A stretch of DNA of 62,071 nucleotides, the filler included, from an uncultured bacterium (GTDB lineage: Bacteria > CAZSTA01), in the NCBI GenBank assembly GCA_964609495.1. It is 6 parts of 6 records of this genome, joined end to end, with 100 filler letters (N's around TTAATTAATTAA, not from the genome) between each part and the next. Parts side by side here need not be neighbours in the genome. Positions count along the whole stretch, not along the records: positions 1 to 10,511 come from CAZSTA010000128.1; positions 10,612 to 21,032 come from CAZSTA010000129.1; 4 more parts are not named here. One strand, 5' to 3'. Numbering within the stretch: position 1 is the first letter of the stretch; the number at the start of each line of letters is the position of its first letter. Positions 8,775 through 18,816 of the stretch are shown here, in pieces. Under the pieces are notes generated by a model. The model saw nothing but the letters and a program-made list of their open reading frames with translations. It was not told where the DNA came from and ran no database searches. A program made the position numbers and the translations under genes.

Positions 8775-10322
8775 TCACATCTCCTCCAAACTAGCGGTTA
8801 CACTAACTTGCTGACCAGCTTTCACGTATATACTTTCCACCCAGGCTTTATAATTTGGCTTAGTTATCACTATCTGATGAACTCCCTGAGCCACATTTTC
8901 AATGGTGATAGGAGTATTACCTACCTCGCTACCATCCAAAAATATTCTGCCTCCTCGAGGAACAGAGGAGATTGATATCGAGCCATCTTTGGCGATCTCC
9001 ACTAACTCAACGGTGTAAGATACGTTCTGACCAGGGGGTATATTCGCCTTTCTGACCCAGTCCAAATATCCTTCCTTAGAGACTCTTATTATATGTTCAC
9101 CTCGGGAAACCTTGATTCTATCAAGGGGAGTGTTTCCTAATAGGCGCTCATCTAAGAAGATTGTAGCCCCTGATGGAATAGAAGCCAGGCTTAGATATCC
9201 GCTTTCCACCCCACTAGGAGTAAGCACAGCATCAATATAGACGGTCTGTCCAGCTTTTACCTCGACACTTCTCTGCCAGGCCCTATACCCCTCCATCCTT
9301 ATCTCAATTTCGTATCTTCCCGCCTCGACTTTCTTCTCCAACTTGGTTCTTCCTATCATCGCTCCGTTCCAGTAAAGATCAGCTCCTCGAGGCTGGGAAT
9401 CGACCGATACTATCCCCTGATAGACCTCGGGATAAGTTGGATTCAGTATGATATGGATTGAATTGGGAATATCAGCTTTAATGGTAATACTACTCTCCCA
9501 CCTATTATATCCATCCTTGAGGATATCAAGGCGATGAAGTCCGACAGATATATCATATAGAGCTAAAGGAGTATTCCCCACATACTTCCCATCTAGGTAA
9601 ATTTGCGCTCCCTCAGGATCTGAGGTCAGCTCTACCCGTGTTTTAGCTTTCTTCTCTTCGGTGATGCTGGGAATGGGAACAACCTGACTGAATCTCTCCC
9701 TCTCAGTGGAATCCATATAAGGAACAACCTGACTGAATTCCTCCCTCTCAGCGAAATCCACATGGAAGATGGTTGTATCCTCAGCCCAATCTTCCGGAGC
9801 AGTAGGTCTTATTATTTTACTGGAAGGGGCTATCGTTATTAGAGCGCCGGTATCCACCTCAAATCTGGAAAGATCGGCGATCGTCAAAGATCCTGGCTGA
9901 ATAGTAGCGATTGCTTTGATTATCTCCACTCCAATAGGCTCTCTAACCTTAAATTCGAAATTAGAGCCCGATGATGGGAAACAATAGACTTCATTCTTGA
10001 CTATGAAGTTATCAGTAAGATACCTATTGGGAAATATCACTTGGACTCTACCATCTGGAGTTATATCGAAGAGCGTTAGATAACAATCCTGATTAGATTT
10101 GAAATAGATGACTAGATTCTCTCCCGGCTTATAGGTAGCCATATCGCCCTTATCCACCCACACATCTATATCGAATCCTGTGGGAGAGGGATATAAAATA
10201 GTATCTTTCTCAACTGGCTCAAGAGTTAAATTGGTCTTCATATCAACCGCTATAGCGGAAGAAGATATGATAATCACCAGAAGTGAGGATAATATGGTTA
10301 TTGTTAGATATTTCATAAACAC
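8775..10322 (-). CDS. Secreted DUF4384 + PEGA-repeat protein
   Basis: Signal peptide, YKPGE..YLTLFDI..VIFPN (DUF4384), then four SxPxGA..GxTP PEGA domains. Confidence 0.85.
   Translation of the reverse strand: MFMKYLTITILSSLLVIIISSSAIAVDMKTNLTLEPVEKDTILYPSPTGFDIDVWVDKGDMATYKPGENLVIYFKSNQDCYLTLFDITPDGRVQVIFPNRYLTDNFIVKNEVYCFPSSGSNFEFKVREPIGVEIIKAIATIQPGSLTIADLSRFEVDTGALITIAPSSKIIRPTAPEDWAEDTTIFHVDFAEREEFSQVVPYMDSTERERFSQVVPIPSITEEKKAKTRVELTSDPEGAQIYLDGKYVGNTPLALYDISVGLHRLDILKDGYNRWESSITIKADIPNSIHIILNPTYPEVYQGIVSVDSQPRGADLYWNGAMIGRTKLEKKVEAGRYEIEIRMEGYRAWQRSVEVKAGQTVYIDAVLTPSGVESGYLSLASIPSGATIFLDERLLGNTPLDRIKVSRGEHIIRVSKEGYLDWVRKANIPPGQNVSYTVELVEIAKDGSISISSVPRGGRIFLDGSEVGNTPITIENVAQGVHQIVITKPNYKAWVESIYVKAGQQVSVTASLEEM
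9677..9764. repeat. 45-bp in-frame tandem duplication within the PEGA gene
   Basis: GGAACAACCTGACTGAAT..TCCCTCTCAG..AATCCA occurs twice. Peptide: EREEFSQVVP / ERERFSQVVP. Confidence 0.8.
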
Positions 10323-10344
10323 TCTGCGGTTCGAAAACTCCCCT

Positions 10345-10395
10345 AAAAGGTAACTTTTGCTTCATAAGAAATTTAAGGTTAAAAAGTTACCTTTT
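10345..10395. repeat. Family B palindrome (reverse orientation)
   Basis: AAAAGGTAACTTTT-GCTTC...GGTTA-AAAAGTTACCTTTT. Confidence 0.85.
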
Positions 10396-10511
10396 ATTAT
10401 ATGTCAAGGCACAGTCGAACTTCTAATCGTGGAGAGAAGAACCGCCCTCCTTTCCCTTAAAGAATACCTGCTTACCTATTTAGGCTAGCAATCCAGATTG
10501 CTCTTTGAAAA

Positions 10512-10611
10512 NNNNNNNNNNNNNNNNNNNNNNNNNNNNNNNNNNNNNNNNNNNNTTAATTAATTAANNNNNNNNNNNNNNNNNNNNNNNNNNNNNNNNN
10601 NNNNNNNNNNN
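10512..10611. other. Artificial contig linker
   Basis: N-run with a TTAATTAATTAA all-frame stop spacer. Confidence 0.99.
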
Positions 10612-10706
10612 GAGTTAAGGGAGCGCCTTCTGGAACAGCTTTAGAGGTGTTAGGAGATGATCCAGTGGGAATAGTTCTATTCGGCAAGGCTGGAGAGAAG
10701 GAATAA
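10612..10706 (+). pseudogene. Possible frameshifted minimal nucleotidyltransferase N-terminal remnant
   Basis: ELRERLLE in one frame and ALEVLGDDPVGIVLFGK* in another. Resembles the MNT start ...VVLFGS. Confidence 0.3.
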
Positions 10707-10823
10707 CTCCTAAAATCTTATTGTTCACCGAACATATAAAATGCGAAACCAAAAGGATATAAAAATCTTATTAGGGTTAAAAGTGTATCTTCATCAGGAT
10801 ACTAAAATTAGGAGGCTGAAAGA

Positions 10824-11885
10824 ATGTTTCATAAGGAGATTACTATAGCCATTTCAGTTACAGTTACCTTGATTCTGTTATTCCTACCAAGAGCAGTATC
10901 GGCTCAAGAGGATATTTCCTCTGCTCTAGTGATCGATGCTGTTCAAGGGAAACATAAGCCGATATCGATTCGAATCTTCAACAACACTGATGAGGTGATC
11001 ATCCTCTCTGGCATAAGCACTGGAGGGAAAAGACCTATAAGCGTATCCTTCCTGAGACCTCTATATGGTTCAATGGCTGTCCGTGAAGATAAATTATATT
11101 GGAACACTATAGCTCAGATGGCAACTTATAATTATGTAGAAGCCCATGGCATTATCTTACCCAGAGGGACATTTACAACTTCGCTCACTATACGACCTCT
11201 GGAGGCAGGTTCGATCACTCGAGATATCTACATCCGTTATTATAAAGTTACTATTCCTGAGCTAGCAGAGATCGGATGGATTCCTGAGCTAGCGCCATTC
11301 CCAGAGCTAGAAGAGGAAGAGATCGAGTCATCTGAGACGGAGTTTAGAGACTTCTTCGAGGAAATATATCGCCATCCAACTGTTGAGGAATTGAAGAAGA
11401 ACTTCTTCTTACCCATCATCACCCATCCAGCGACTGCAGGCCAAACCCAAACGATGAAGATCACGCTGGAGGTAGAACCGTTACCCTTCTCCCTAGAGGA
11501 AGCTATAGTGAAGGTGGGCTTTGAACCTGAGGATTACACCTACAACGAAACCTTTGCCTGCTGGATCCTGAAGGGTGAAGGACAGGTCGTATTAGTTAGT
11601 GAGGAAAAGGAACTCCGCTTCAAGAACATCGATCTATCCGTATTCGATTTTATCTCCGCTAAGGCAGGAGATATATATGATGTGGTGGGGGTATGGATAG
11701 ATTTCGATAGTTCCCTAACGGATAAATATGAGAATGTGCATGATCCCTCCGACGGTCATCACATTTATGTGCCTCGTCGTGATCTCCTCGGGGTTCTGAA
11801 GATGCTCGACGATAAAGGATATTTCATATCCATTGGAGACTGGTATTTAAGGGATAGTATCCTAGTTCATGAGAAAGAGGATTGA
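10824..11885 (+). CDS. Hypothetical secreted protein
   Basis: 353-aa ORF, AGGAGG RBS, signal peptide ending AVSA-Q. Confidence 0.75.
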   Translation: MFHKEITIAISVTVTLILLFLPRAVSAQEDISSALVIDAVQGKHKPISIRIFNNTDEVIILSGISTGGKRPISVSFLRPLYGSMAVREDKLYWNTIAQMATYNYVEAHGIILPRGTFTTSLTIRPLEAGSITRDIYIRYYKVTIPELAEIGWIPELAPFPELEEEEIESSETEFRDFFEEIYRHPTVEELKKNFFLPIITHPATAGQTQTMKITLEVEPLPFSLEEAIVKVGFEPEDYTYNETFACWILKGEGQVVLVSEEKELRFKNIDLSVFDFISAKAGDIYDVVGVWIDFDSSLTDKYENVHDPSDGHHIYVPRRDLLGVLKMLDDKGYFISIGDWYLRDSILVHEKED

Positions 11886-11901
11886 TCCTTGATAGAATCG
11901 A

Positions 11902-11933
11902 ACTAGTCACTGGATAAAAGCCCAGCGACTAGT
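11902..11933. terminator. Hairpin between convergent genes
   Basis: ACTAGTCACTGG...CCAGCGACTAGT. Confidence 0.55.
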
Positions 11934-11972
11934 AAGTTGCTTATACACACTATCCCATAAATAAAGCATTAT

Positions 11973-14900
11973 TTAGGGTAATTCCCTCAAATTTGTCATC
12001 ACGCTATAATCCTCGGGGTTGATCTTATTATCTCTGATTATGAGATAGCTAACTATCTCTTTGGCTTCTTCGGGCTTTAACGTAAACTCTTTTGAGATCG
12101 TAGGATGCATTCCCAAATCTTCGCTGTAATCGAAGGCGAAGATATCGATTCCCCTAGCCACGACTATTATTTCTAGCTCATTAGTCTTGGGATTCTCCAG
12201 AGCGGCCCAAGAACCACAGTTCACACCACTTGCATAACGGTTCGTTCTCTTCTTCCGATAAGACTTGCCATCCCTCTGGAAGTGAAGGATCGAATCTCGC
12301 TCACAGCCTATCCGTAAGAAGATCCTTATTCCACCATTAAACTTCTGGGAAGCAGTTGTCTTATTGATATAGCGAGATATGATAGCGATAATATCGCTAT
12401 CAGAGGCGGTTAAATATTCTGTCTCTAAGCGAAGCCATCGGTATAATCTATGTTCAGGCTCACATAATACTTTAACTCCTCTCCATTCGACTCCTTGCAG
12501 ACCGATCTTCTCGACTATCTCGTATGCAAACTTCTCTTTATGCAACTGGAATGACTCACCATTTATAACAGGTTGGATACCTCCATACCAGGGTCTTTCC
12601 TGACCAAAGTTACCCGGCTTCGGGAAGCTGGAGAGAATCCGCTCGATTCCGTTCCTCTCTATTGAGAAGATAGAGCCTTTGTAATCAGGAGCAGATTTCA
12701 TCGTCAAGTTCCCATTATCTACCTCGATTATACGCCCCTCTTCCCTTATATTAAACTCAGCTTTCTTATCCTCCAACAATATAAGAGGTAATTCGTTCGC
12801 AGTGGTAAGCACTTCCTCATCGATCTCAGCTTTAATCATATATACTCTGGAGGGTAGATCATTATCATTGCACTTCAGGGTGAGTCTCTTAGAGAATGAT
12901 TTATTCAGATTGATCCCTTCAAGAGTGAGTTTATCTTCACTGAGAGCAATGCCTTCTGGCGCCTCTAGTTTCAACTCGCCGTTAAGTTCGATTATCCTCC
13001 GATTATTCACGGTCAACTGAACTTCATTATTCCCCCTCTCAATAACTAGGGGATTATGGTCAAATCCGATTTGGATGACTCCCTCCGCTTCTAATTCCTT
13101 CTCCTCCTCAATATCTCCTCTGATTAACTTCTGCCAGTAGTGTCGAACAGTCCTCCATCCACCTTCTCCAGCGTAGAAGTATATAGGAGGAAGATCTGTG
13201 TGACTTTGTCTCTTCACTTCAGGGGCATTAAAGATCAAAGAGGTCCAATAATCATCTAACAATATCTCCTCAGCATGATGCCAACCGATCACACCAGTTG
13301 CAAATCGCTCGCTTTCGATACAAACCCAATCTTCAGGATAATCCTTTGGGTCATCGGAGATATCTCCCCAATCGGGAAATGATGAAGCTATCATTAGAGG
13401 CTCATCGATAATCCCTTTCTCGGTTACTATAACAAAGCGACGAGAACCACTTTGACAGTGAGCATTAAGGCTGACCTGAAGTGATTTATAATCCAGTGAA
13501 GAATTATTGATTATGCGATCCTTGATCTCTATAACGGGCAAGGCACTCATTATTATCGTCCTCTGAAGGATTAAGCCCTCTTTCTTCGGAGATTCAATGG
13601 AGAGGACACATTTTGCTTTTCCGTCTTCCACAGATACCTCTCCTTCGAACTTTCGCTTATCAAGCCAATCCTCCCAAGGCATAATGAAAGGTGGTCCTAT
13701 TTCCCCTTTGGTTATCTTCGCTACTCGTTTATTATCGCTCTTGCGGAGAACATTGAAGACACATCCCTTTAGAGGTATCTCTAGTCTTAGATCATCATTC
13801 TCCAGCACCACCTCATCATCACAGAGCTTACCTATAGCTTCTCCAAGAGGAAGGGATATTATAGAAAAAGTTCGCTTCTTCGTCTTAATCTCTTTATCTT
13901 GCAGTTTCAATTGCCCATAAACATCAAAGTTTTTCACTCCCTTATCTTCCGCTTTTATGGAAAATGGTAGCTCGATAACTTCCTTAGCTTCTAACTCAAA
14001 ATCGGCTTCCCTCTTATCAAAAGTAAGAGAAGGATCGGAAGTGATGAAGAGCGAACCAGCTATACTCTCCGCGGAGTTGTTAGATAATTTCAAGCCGAAC
14101 TTGCCTTCCCGATTCGGCTTTAAACAGAGATGTTTCGGATTGGGTTCGATATCAACAGCTTGCTTAAGCTCCGTGCTTATTCCTAAAGGAAGCACTCTGC
14201 CATCTATCACCAAATCGGTCTTTATCTGTCCTCGGCCCTCGCTCTTTTTATCAATAGTGAACTTCTCCTCGATCACCCTCTTCCCTTCTAATTGGAAGCT
14301 CTCTTCCTTAGATAGAGTGAAACCATCTTCTCCTTTAGCTAGAAGGGTGATCGCTAGGGGCTTGTTACTCTTATTCTCTAACTCCCACTTGACGGTATTC
14401 TCATCTCCAGCGATAACTTTCTCCTCACCGATATAGCAGGATACCGCGAAGTCGTTGTTTTCAAATTCAACAAAGGTCTTGGCTTCCATATCGACTCTGA
14501 CCTTCAGCAGATCACCATCGGCTTGCCAGATGTAAGGTATAGCTTTGATCCCACGCCAATCGAGATCATCCTCCTCTTGCTTTAGCCCTCGCTGGAAGGT
14601 TTTATACCAATCGTGTTTGGTAAAGTAATCCTTGGCAAAGGAGTTGCGTCGTATCTTAGGGATGAAGTTCTTCATCCATACCCCCTCGGTTTCTGGAAGC
14701 CAGTAGAAGCCTACCTTCTTATAGAGGGGGACTGACTTCATATTAGAGGGCCAAGTTCCTATCTCGACCATCTCAAATCCCTCTTCGGTAGCGGAATCGA
14801 TTGTCTTAAGAAGCAACTGCTTGCCGTATCCTTTGCCATGGCAATCAGGACTCACATTGAGAAGGTCAATATAAAGAGTATCCTTCGCCCCAACCTTATT

Positions 14901-15098
14901 TTTGCAGTAGCCAACTATTCTATCATCCTTCTCTATCAGATAGAAGGAGTGACTATGAGATTTCTTCTCCCATTTACGAACTAACTCAGGAGTAAGTCCT
15001 CCCCTTCCACCAAAACTGCCAGGCCAGGCCTCATCGCTCTCCCGCCACATCTGAGCGATTTTCGGTATATCACTCTCTTTGAACCCACGTAGTGTCAT
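11973..15098 (-). CDS. Large GNAT N-acetyltransferase fusion protein (~1040 aa)
   Basis: N-terminal GNAT (HGKGYGKQLL, LYKKVGF) and a long beta-rich C-terminal region. Start at ATG 15098 with GGAGG. Confidence 0.8.
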   Translation of the reverse strand: MTLRGFKESDIPKIAQMWRESDEAWPGSFGGRGGLTPELVRKWEKKSHSHSFYLIEKDDRIVGYCKNKVGAKDTLYIDLLNVSPDCHGKGYGKQLLLKTIDSATEEGFEMVEIGTWPSNMKSVPLYKKVGFYWLPETEGVWMKNFIPKIRRNSFAKDYFTKHDWYKTFQRGLKQEEDDLDWRGIKAIPYIWQADGDLLKVRVDMEAKTFVEFENNDFAVSCYIGEEKVIAGDENTVKWELENKSNKPLAITLLAKGEDGFTLSKEESFQLEGKRVIEEKFTIDKKSEGRGQIKTDLVIDGRVLPLGISTELKQAVDIEPNPKHLCLKPNREGKFGLKLSNNSAESIAGSLFITSDPSLTFDKREADFELEAKEVIELPFSIKAEDKGVKNFDVYGQLKLQDKEIKTKKRTFSIISLPLGEAIGKLCDDEVVLENDDLRLEIPLKGCVFNVLRKSDNKRVAKITKGEIGPPFIMPWEDWLDKRKFEGEVSVEDGKAKCVLSIESPKKEGLILQRTIIMSALPVIEIKDRIINNSSLDYKSLQVSLNAHCQSGSRRFVIVTEKGIIDEPLMIASSFPDWGDISDDPKDYPEDWVCIESERFATGVIGWHHAEEILLDDYWTSLIFNAPEVKRQSHTDLPPIYFYAGEGGWRTVRHYWQKLIRGDIEEEKELEAEGVIQIGFDHNPLVIERGNNEVQLTVNNRRIIELNGELKLEAPEGIALSEDKLTLEGINLNKSFSKRLTLKCNDNDLPSRVYMIKAEIDEEVLTTANELPLILLEDKKAEFNIREEGRIIEVDNGNLTMKSAPDYKGSIFSIERNGIERILSSFPKPGNFGQERPWYGGIQPVINGESFQLHKEKFAYEIVEKIGLQGVEWRGVKVLCEPEHRLYRWLRLETEYLTASDSDIIAIISRYINKTTASQKFNGGIRIFLRIGCERDSILHFQRDGKSYRKKRTNRYASGVNCGSWAALENPKTNELEIIVVARGIDIFAFDYSEDLGMHPTISKEFTLKPEEAKEIVSYLIIRDNKINPEDYSVMTNLRELP

Positions 15099-15264
15099 CT
15101 TTTTCCTCCCTAAAGCTCTAATTTTCATAAGTGATATTCGATAAGATTAGCTCTATCCGGCACTATTCCACCTAGTTCAACCTAGATAAGCGAAAATAAA
15201 TAATAGGCTAGTCCTAGATAGAGCTAGCCCGCTTGTTACTAATCTTTTCTAGTTAACTCTAATT

Positions 15265-16131
15265 CTACCCCTTAAGTCCAGTGGTAGCCACTCCTTGGAC
15301 ATAATACTTCTGAAGCGCCATAAAGATGAAGATCGTTGGCAAACAAGCTACTACCGAGGCGGCCATAATCACATTCCAGAAACCGGAGTAGGTCTGCTGT
15401 CCCACAATCAGAGCTAGACCTATTTGAACTACTCTCATCTCCTCGCTGGTAATAACGATTAGCGGCCAGAGGAAGGAATCCCAGTTCCACATAAAGGTTA
15501 GCACGCTTAGGGTCAGTAGAGCTGGCTTAGCCAAGGGGAGGGCGATTCTCCAGTAGATCCCGAAGCGGGAGCAACCATCTATCGTCGCCGCTTCTTCTAA
15601 CTCTACAGGGAGTCCCTTGAAGAACTGCCGCAAAAGGAAGATCCCGAAGGGGCTCACTACTCCAGGAAAGATAAGGGCATTATAGGTGTTAAACCAGCCG
15701 AATGATTTCACGATAAGAAATAGGGGCAATATGATCATCTCGCCGGGGATCATCATAGTAGCTAAAATCAGGACGAATATTACAGTGCTACCCTTAAATG
15801 GAATTCGAGCAAAGGAGTATCCAGCGAGAGAGTTGACGAATAGGCCTAATATAACTACACTACTGGAAACGAAAAAGCTGTTCAACATATAACGGGCAAA
15901 GGGAAGTTCCTTGAAGATACGAGCATAATTTTCCCACATTATCTTGGGGGGAATAAATATCGGGGGATAGACAAATACCAGCTCAGAGCTTTTCAATGAG
16001 CCAGAGACCATCCAAGCAAAGGGAGCTATCATAACTACGATGATCACAACAGTTATTATAGTTAATAATATATATTTAAGAAGATCCAGAGGCGTTTTGA
16101 TCCCCTTATTACGTCCAGCCATAATTCTCAC
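15265..16131 (-). CDS. Carbohydrate ABC transporter permease (MalG-like)
   Basis: EAA loop ELEEAATIDGCS, WDSFLWPLI. Confidence 0.95.
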   Translation of the reverse strand: MRIMAGRNKGIKTPLDLLKYILLTIITVVIIVVMIAPFAWMVSGSLKSSELVFVYPPIFIPPKIMWENYARIFKELPFARYMLNSFFVSSSVVILGLFVNSLAGYSFARIPFKGSTVIFVLILATMMIPGEMIILPLFLIVKSFGWFNTYNALIFPGVVSPFGIFLLRQFFKGLPVELEEAATIDGCSRFGIYWRIALPLAKPALLTLSVLTFMWNWDSFLWPLIVITSEEMRVVQIGLALIVGQQTYSGFWNVIMAASVVACLPTIFIFMALQKYYVQGVATTGLKG

Positions 16132-16139
16132 CTCGTATT

Positions 16140-17003
16140 CTATCTAAAAGCAGAGCGGAACACTCTAAGCTGAATTAGAGTTAGAACTAACAAAAGGACG
16201 AATAGAACAACAGCCATCGCGGCGGCGTATCCCATCTTATACATTCGGAAGGCCGCGTTGTAAATATATAAGACCATAGTGTGAGTGGCATTTGCTGGTC
16301 CTCCTCGGGTCATAACATAAACCTCTCCGAATATTCTGAAAGCATTTATAACCTGAAGGAGGAAGATGAAGAAACTGGCATATTTCAAGAGAGGAAAAGT
16401 GATATATGCAAAGGACTGCCATTTATTCGCTCCATCTATGAGCGCGGCCTCATAATACTCGTTGGGGATGTCCTGTAAGCCAGCTAAGAAGATGATCATA
16501 TAGAATCCCAATGCTCTCCAGATAACCACTGCTGATACTGAAGGCAAAGCCTGAGTGAAACTTGTGAGAAATTCCATCTTGGGCAATCCGATCGATCTTA
16601 AGATGAAATTTAACAATCCCCAAGAGGGATCATAGACGAACATCCAAACGATAGAAACTACGATCACCGAGGTTACTACCGGTAGATAACAGGAGGTGCG
16701 GATGAATCCTATCCCTCTTACCTTCCGGTTGACAAATATGGCTAATGCTAGAGACAGAATAAATTGAAAAGGAACAACCCATAACACGAATTTGACCGTA
16801 TTCCATAGGGAAGTCCACCATAGTTCATCGGAGAACATCTTTTGGAAATTACGTAATCCTATCCATTTCATAGAGCCTACCATGCTCCATTGGTAGAACC
16901 CTAGATAGAAAGCCATAATCATTGGAATAAAGAGGAAGATCATCAGACCGACCAGAGCAGGTGTTATAAATAAATAACCATAGAGTTGATCCCTTTTTCT
17001 CAT
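16140..17003 (-). CDS. Carbohydrate ABC transporter permease (MalF-like)
   Basis: YYEAALIDGA, MTRGGP. Confidence 0.95.
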   Translation of the reverse strand: MRKRDQLYGYLFITPALVGLMIFLFIPMIMAFYLGFYQWSMVGSMKWIGLRNFQKMFSDELWWTSLWNTVKFVLWVVPFQFILSLALAIFVNRKVRGIGFIRTSCYLPVVTSVIVVSIVWMFVYDPSWGLLNFILRSIGLPKMEFLTSFTQALPSVSAVVIWRALGFYMIIFLAGLQDIPNEYYEAALIDGANKWQSFAYITFPLLKYASFFIFLLQVINAFRIFGEVYVMTRGGPANATHTMVLYIYNAAFRMYKMGYAAAMAVVLFVLLLVLTLIQLRVFRSAFR

Positions 17004-17023
17004 TTTGTTATCTCCTAATCCAA

Positions 17024-17060
17024 TAAAGCCTGCGATGAATTATCATCACCGCAGGCTTAT
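17024..17060. terminator. Intercistronic hairpin after the SBP gene
   Basis: AAGCCTGCGATGA...TCACCGCAGGCTT. Confidence 0.6.
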
Positions 17061-17088
17061 TGACAAAATTTCTACATCNNNNNNNNNN

Positions 17089-18324
17089 CGTCTCCTCTAT
17101 ATGTTCGTTGATCTTCTTTTCCATTATGGCAGCGGCTTCTTCCCCAGTCGCTCCCTTGAATATGACCTCCTGCATCGATTCATAGATAGCCTTGTTGATC
17201 TCAGGATCAAACGGAGGCTCGATGCGAGGTTTATCGAAATTCTCCAGCATATAGACGAAGGATTTCTTCTTGGCATCCTTCCCCTCGAAATCCAGCATAG
17301 CGGCTGAAGATTTAAGGGGAGGAATAGTCCCTAATACCTCGTTCCAACCATGGATGCGCTTTGTATCAGCAGCTAACCAGACGGTGAAGTCTATCGCTTC
17401 TTTCATATGCTTCGTAGTTGTAGCAACTGAGGTAGCCCATCCACCGATGGTAGTGGCAGTCTGCACTGGACCCTTGGGTAGAGGAACGACATCGAAAGGC
17501 AGATCGGGCGCATTAGCGTTTATGTAACCCAATTGCCAGGGGCCGGTCATCGATATCGCGGTTGTGCCTGTTATCAAGGGATCTCTTATCTCAGCGGCGG
17601 TTGCGACTTTATACTTGGTGTAGAAATCACCGAGGAATTGCAAAGCTCTAGCTACTTCAGGAGTGTTGCAGATAGCCTTGGTTGGTTTGTAGTATTTATC
17701 AACATAATCGCCGCCCGACTGCCAGATGAAGGAGTTGATATACATCAGAGCGTGGGCATCCTGAATGTGAGCTGAGGAGGTGAAACCCCAACGCTTATCG
17801 GGTATAGTCAACTTCTGAGTGGTATCGAGTAATTCATCCCAATCCTGCGGAGGCTCGGCGATACCAGCTTCTTCAAAGAAGTCGGTGCGGTAGAAGAGAG
17901 CTATAGGTGCAGTCTCTGCTGATAGAGCGTATAGCTCGCCCTCGAAGAACCATCCTAACCGGACCGCCTCATAAAGATCGTCGAAATACTCGGCGGGTAT
18001 ATGAGGTTTGAGATCTTCAATTAATCCTGCATTGAGGAATGGGGGCAAGTAAGGTGGAGCCATATGAAGAACATCAGGTCCCACTCCTCCCGCATAGGAG
18101 ACCAGCAGTTTCTCAACATACTCTCCAGGAACAGCAGTGAGCTTTACCTCGATATCGGGATGCTCCTTATTATACTCCTCAACTTGGGCAGCATACCAGT
18201 TGTCCAGATGAGGCGGCCAGGAGGGTTTCCAGAACTCCAGGTTTACCTTAGCAGCTAAAGCTGATTCTAGGGATACTAGGAGCATTGCTGCCACTAGAAG
18301 TACCAATACCTTACTAATTCTCAT
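17089..18324 (-). CDS. Sugar ABC transporter substrate-binding protein; 3' end falls in the small gap 17079-17088
   Basis: Signal peptide, ALFYRTDFFEEAGI..PQDWDEL, GPW motifs. Confidence 0.92.
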
Positions 18325-18515
18325 ATTTTCTTCTCTCCTTTCTTCATTATTCAAATTACTGTTTAGGTTATGCCCAGATGCTTATTGCTTTGATTTATAC
18401 ACCTCCTTCCCTAAATGATAAAGATAAGAAAACAGATTTCGCAAAGACTTCTCTGAAGAAGCACTTTGCGAAACCGTCCTTTATCAATAAAAGTTTATAC
18501 TTGTCCCTTGAAATG

Positions 18516-18544
18516 ATTATAGCACAAAGAGATCGAACTGTCAA
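18516..18544 (-). promoter_or_regulatory. Sigma70 promoter of sugar ABC operon 1
   Basis: TTGACA-17-TATAAT with extended -10 TG. Confidence 0.8.
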
Positions 18545-18576
18545 CACCAAAAGCTAATAAATTTGAATTTATATCT

Positions 18577-18763
18577 GTAAGTATGTAAAGTTTGTGCTAA
18601 GGGATTTTTAAGGGACTTTTTGCTATTACTCCCTCTCCCATGAGGGGAGAGGGAATACAAAGAGAGAGCCTATCTTCTTGTTCCCCCGCCCTTGATGGGA
18701 GGGGGAAAGGGGGAGGGTGGAAATTGTTTAATTTATACCTAGCACAAAGTTTTACATGCTTCC
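18577..18763. mobile_element. Family A MITE, complete, 187 bp
   Basis: TIRs GTAAGTATGTAAAGTTTGTGCTA / TAGCACAAAGTTTTACATGCTTCC. 9-bp TSD TTTATATCT (18568-18576, 18764-18772). Double-hairpin core. Confidence 0.85.
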
Positions 18764-18816
18764 TTTATATCTCATCCCTATAGCAAGGAGTATCTATCTT
18801 AATGTTATCTGCTAGC

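Noticed and set aside
10512-10611. Recurring TTAATTAATTAA within N runs (five times)
   Set aside because: Artificial contig spacer, not a biological repeat. Contigs appear sorted by length, so no cross-linker synteny is claimed.
17008-17088. C-terminal extension of the SBP ORF across the 10-N gap
   Set aside because: Frame across the gap is unreliable, and the extension runs through an intercistronic hairpin.
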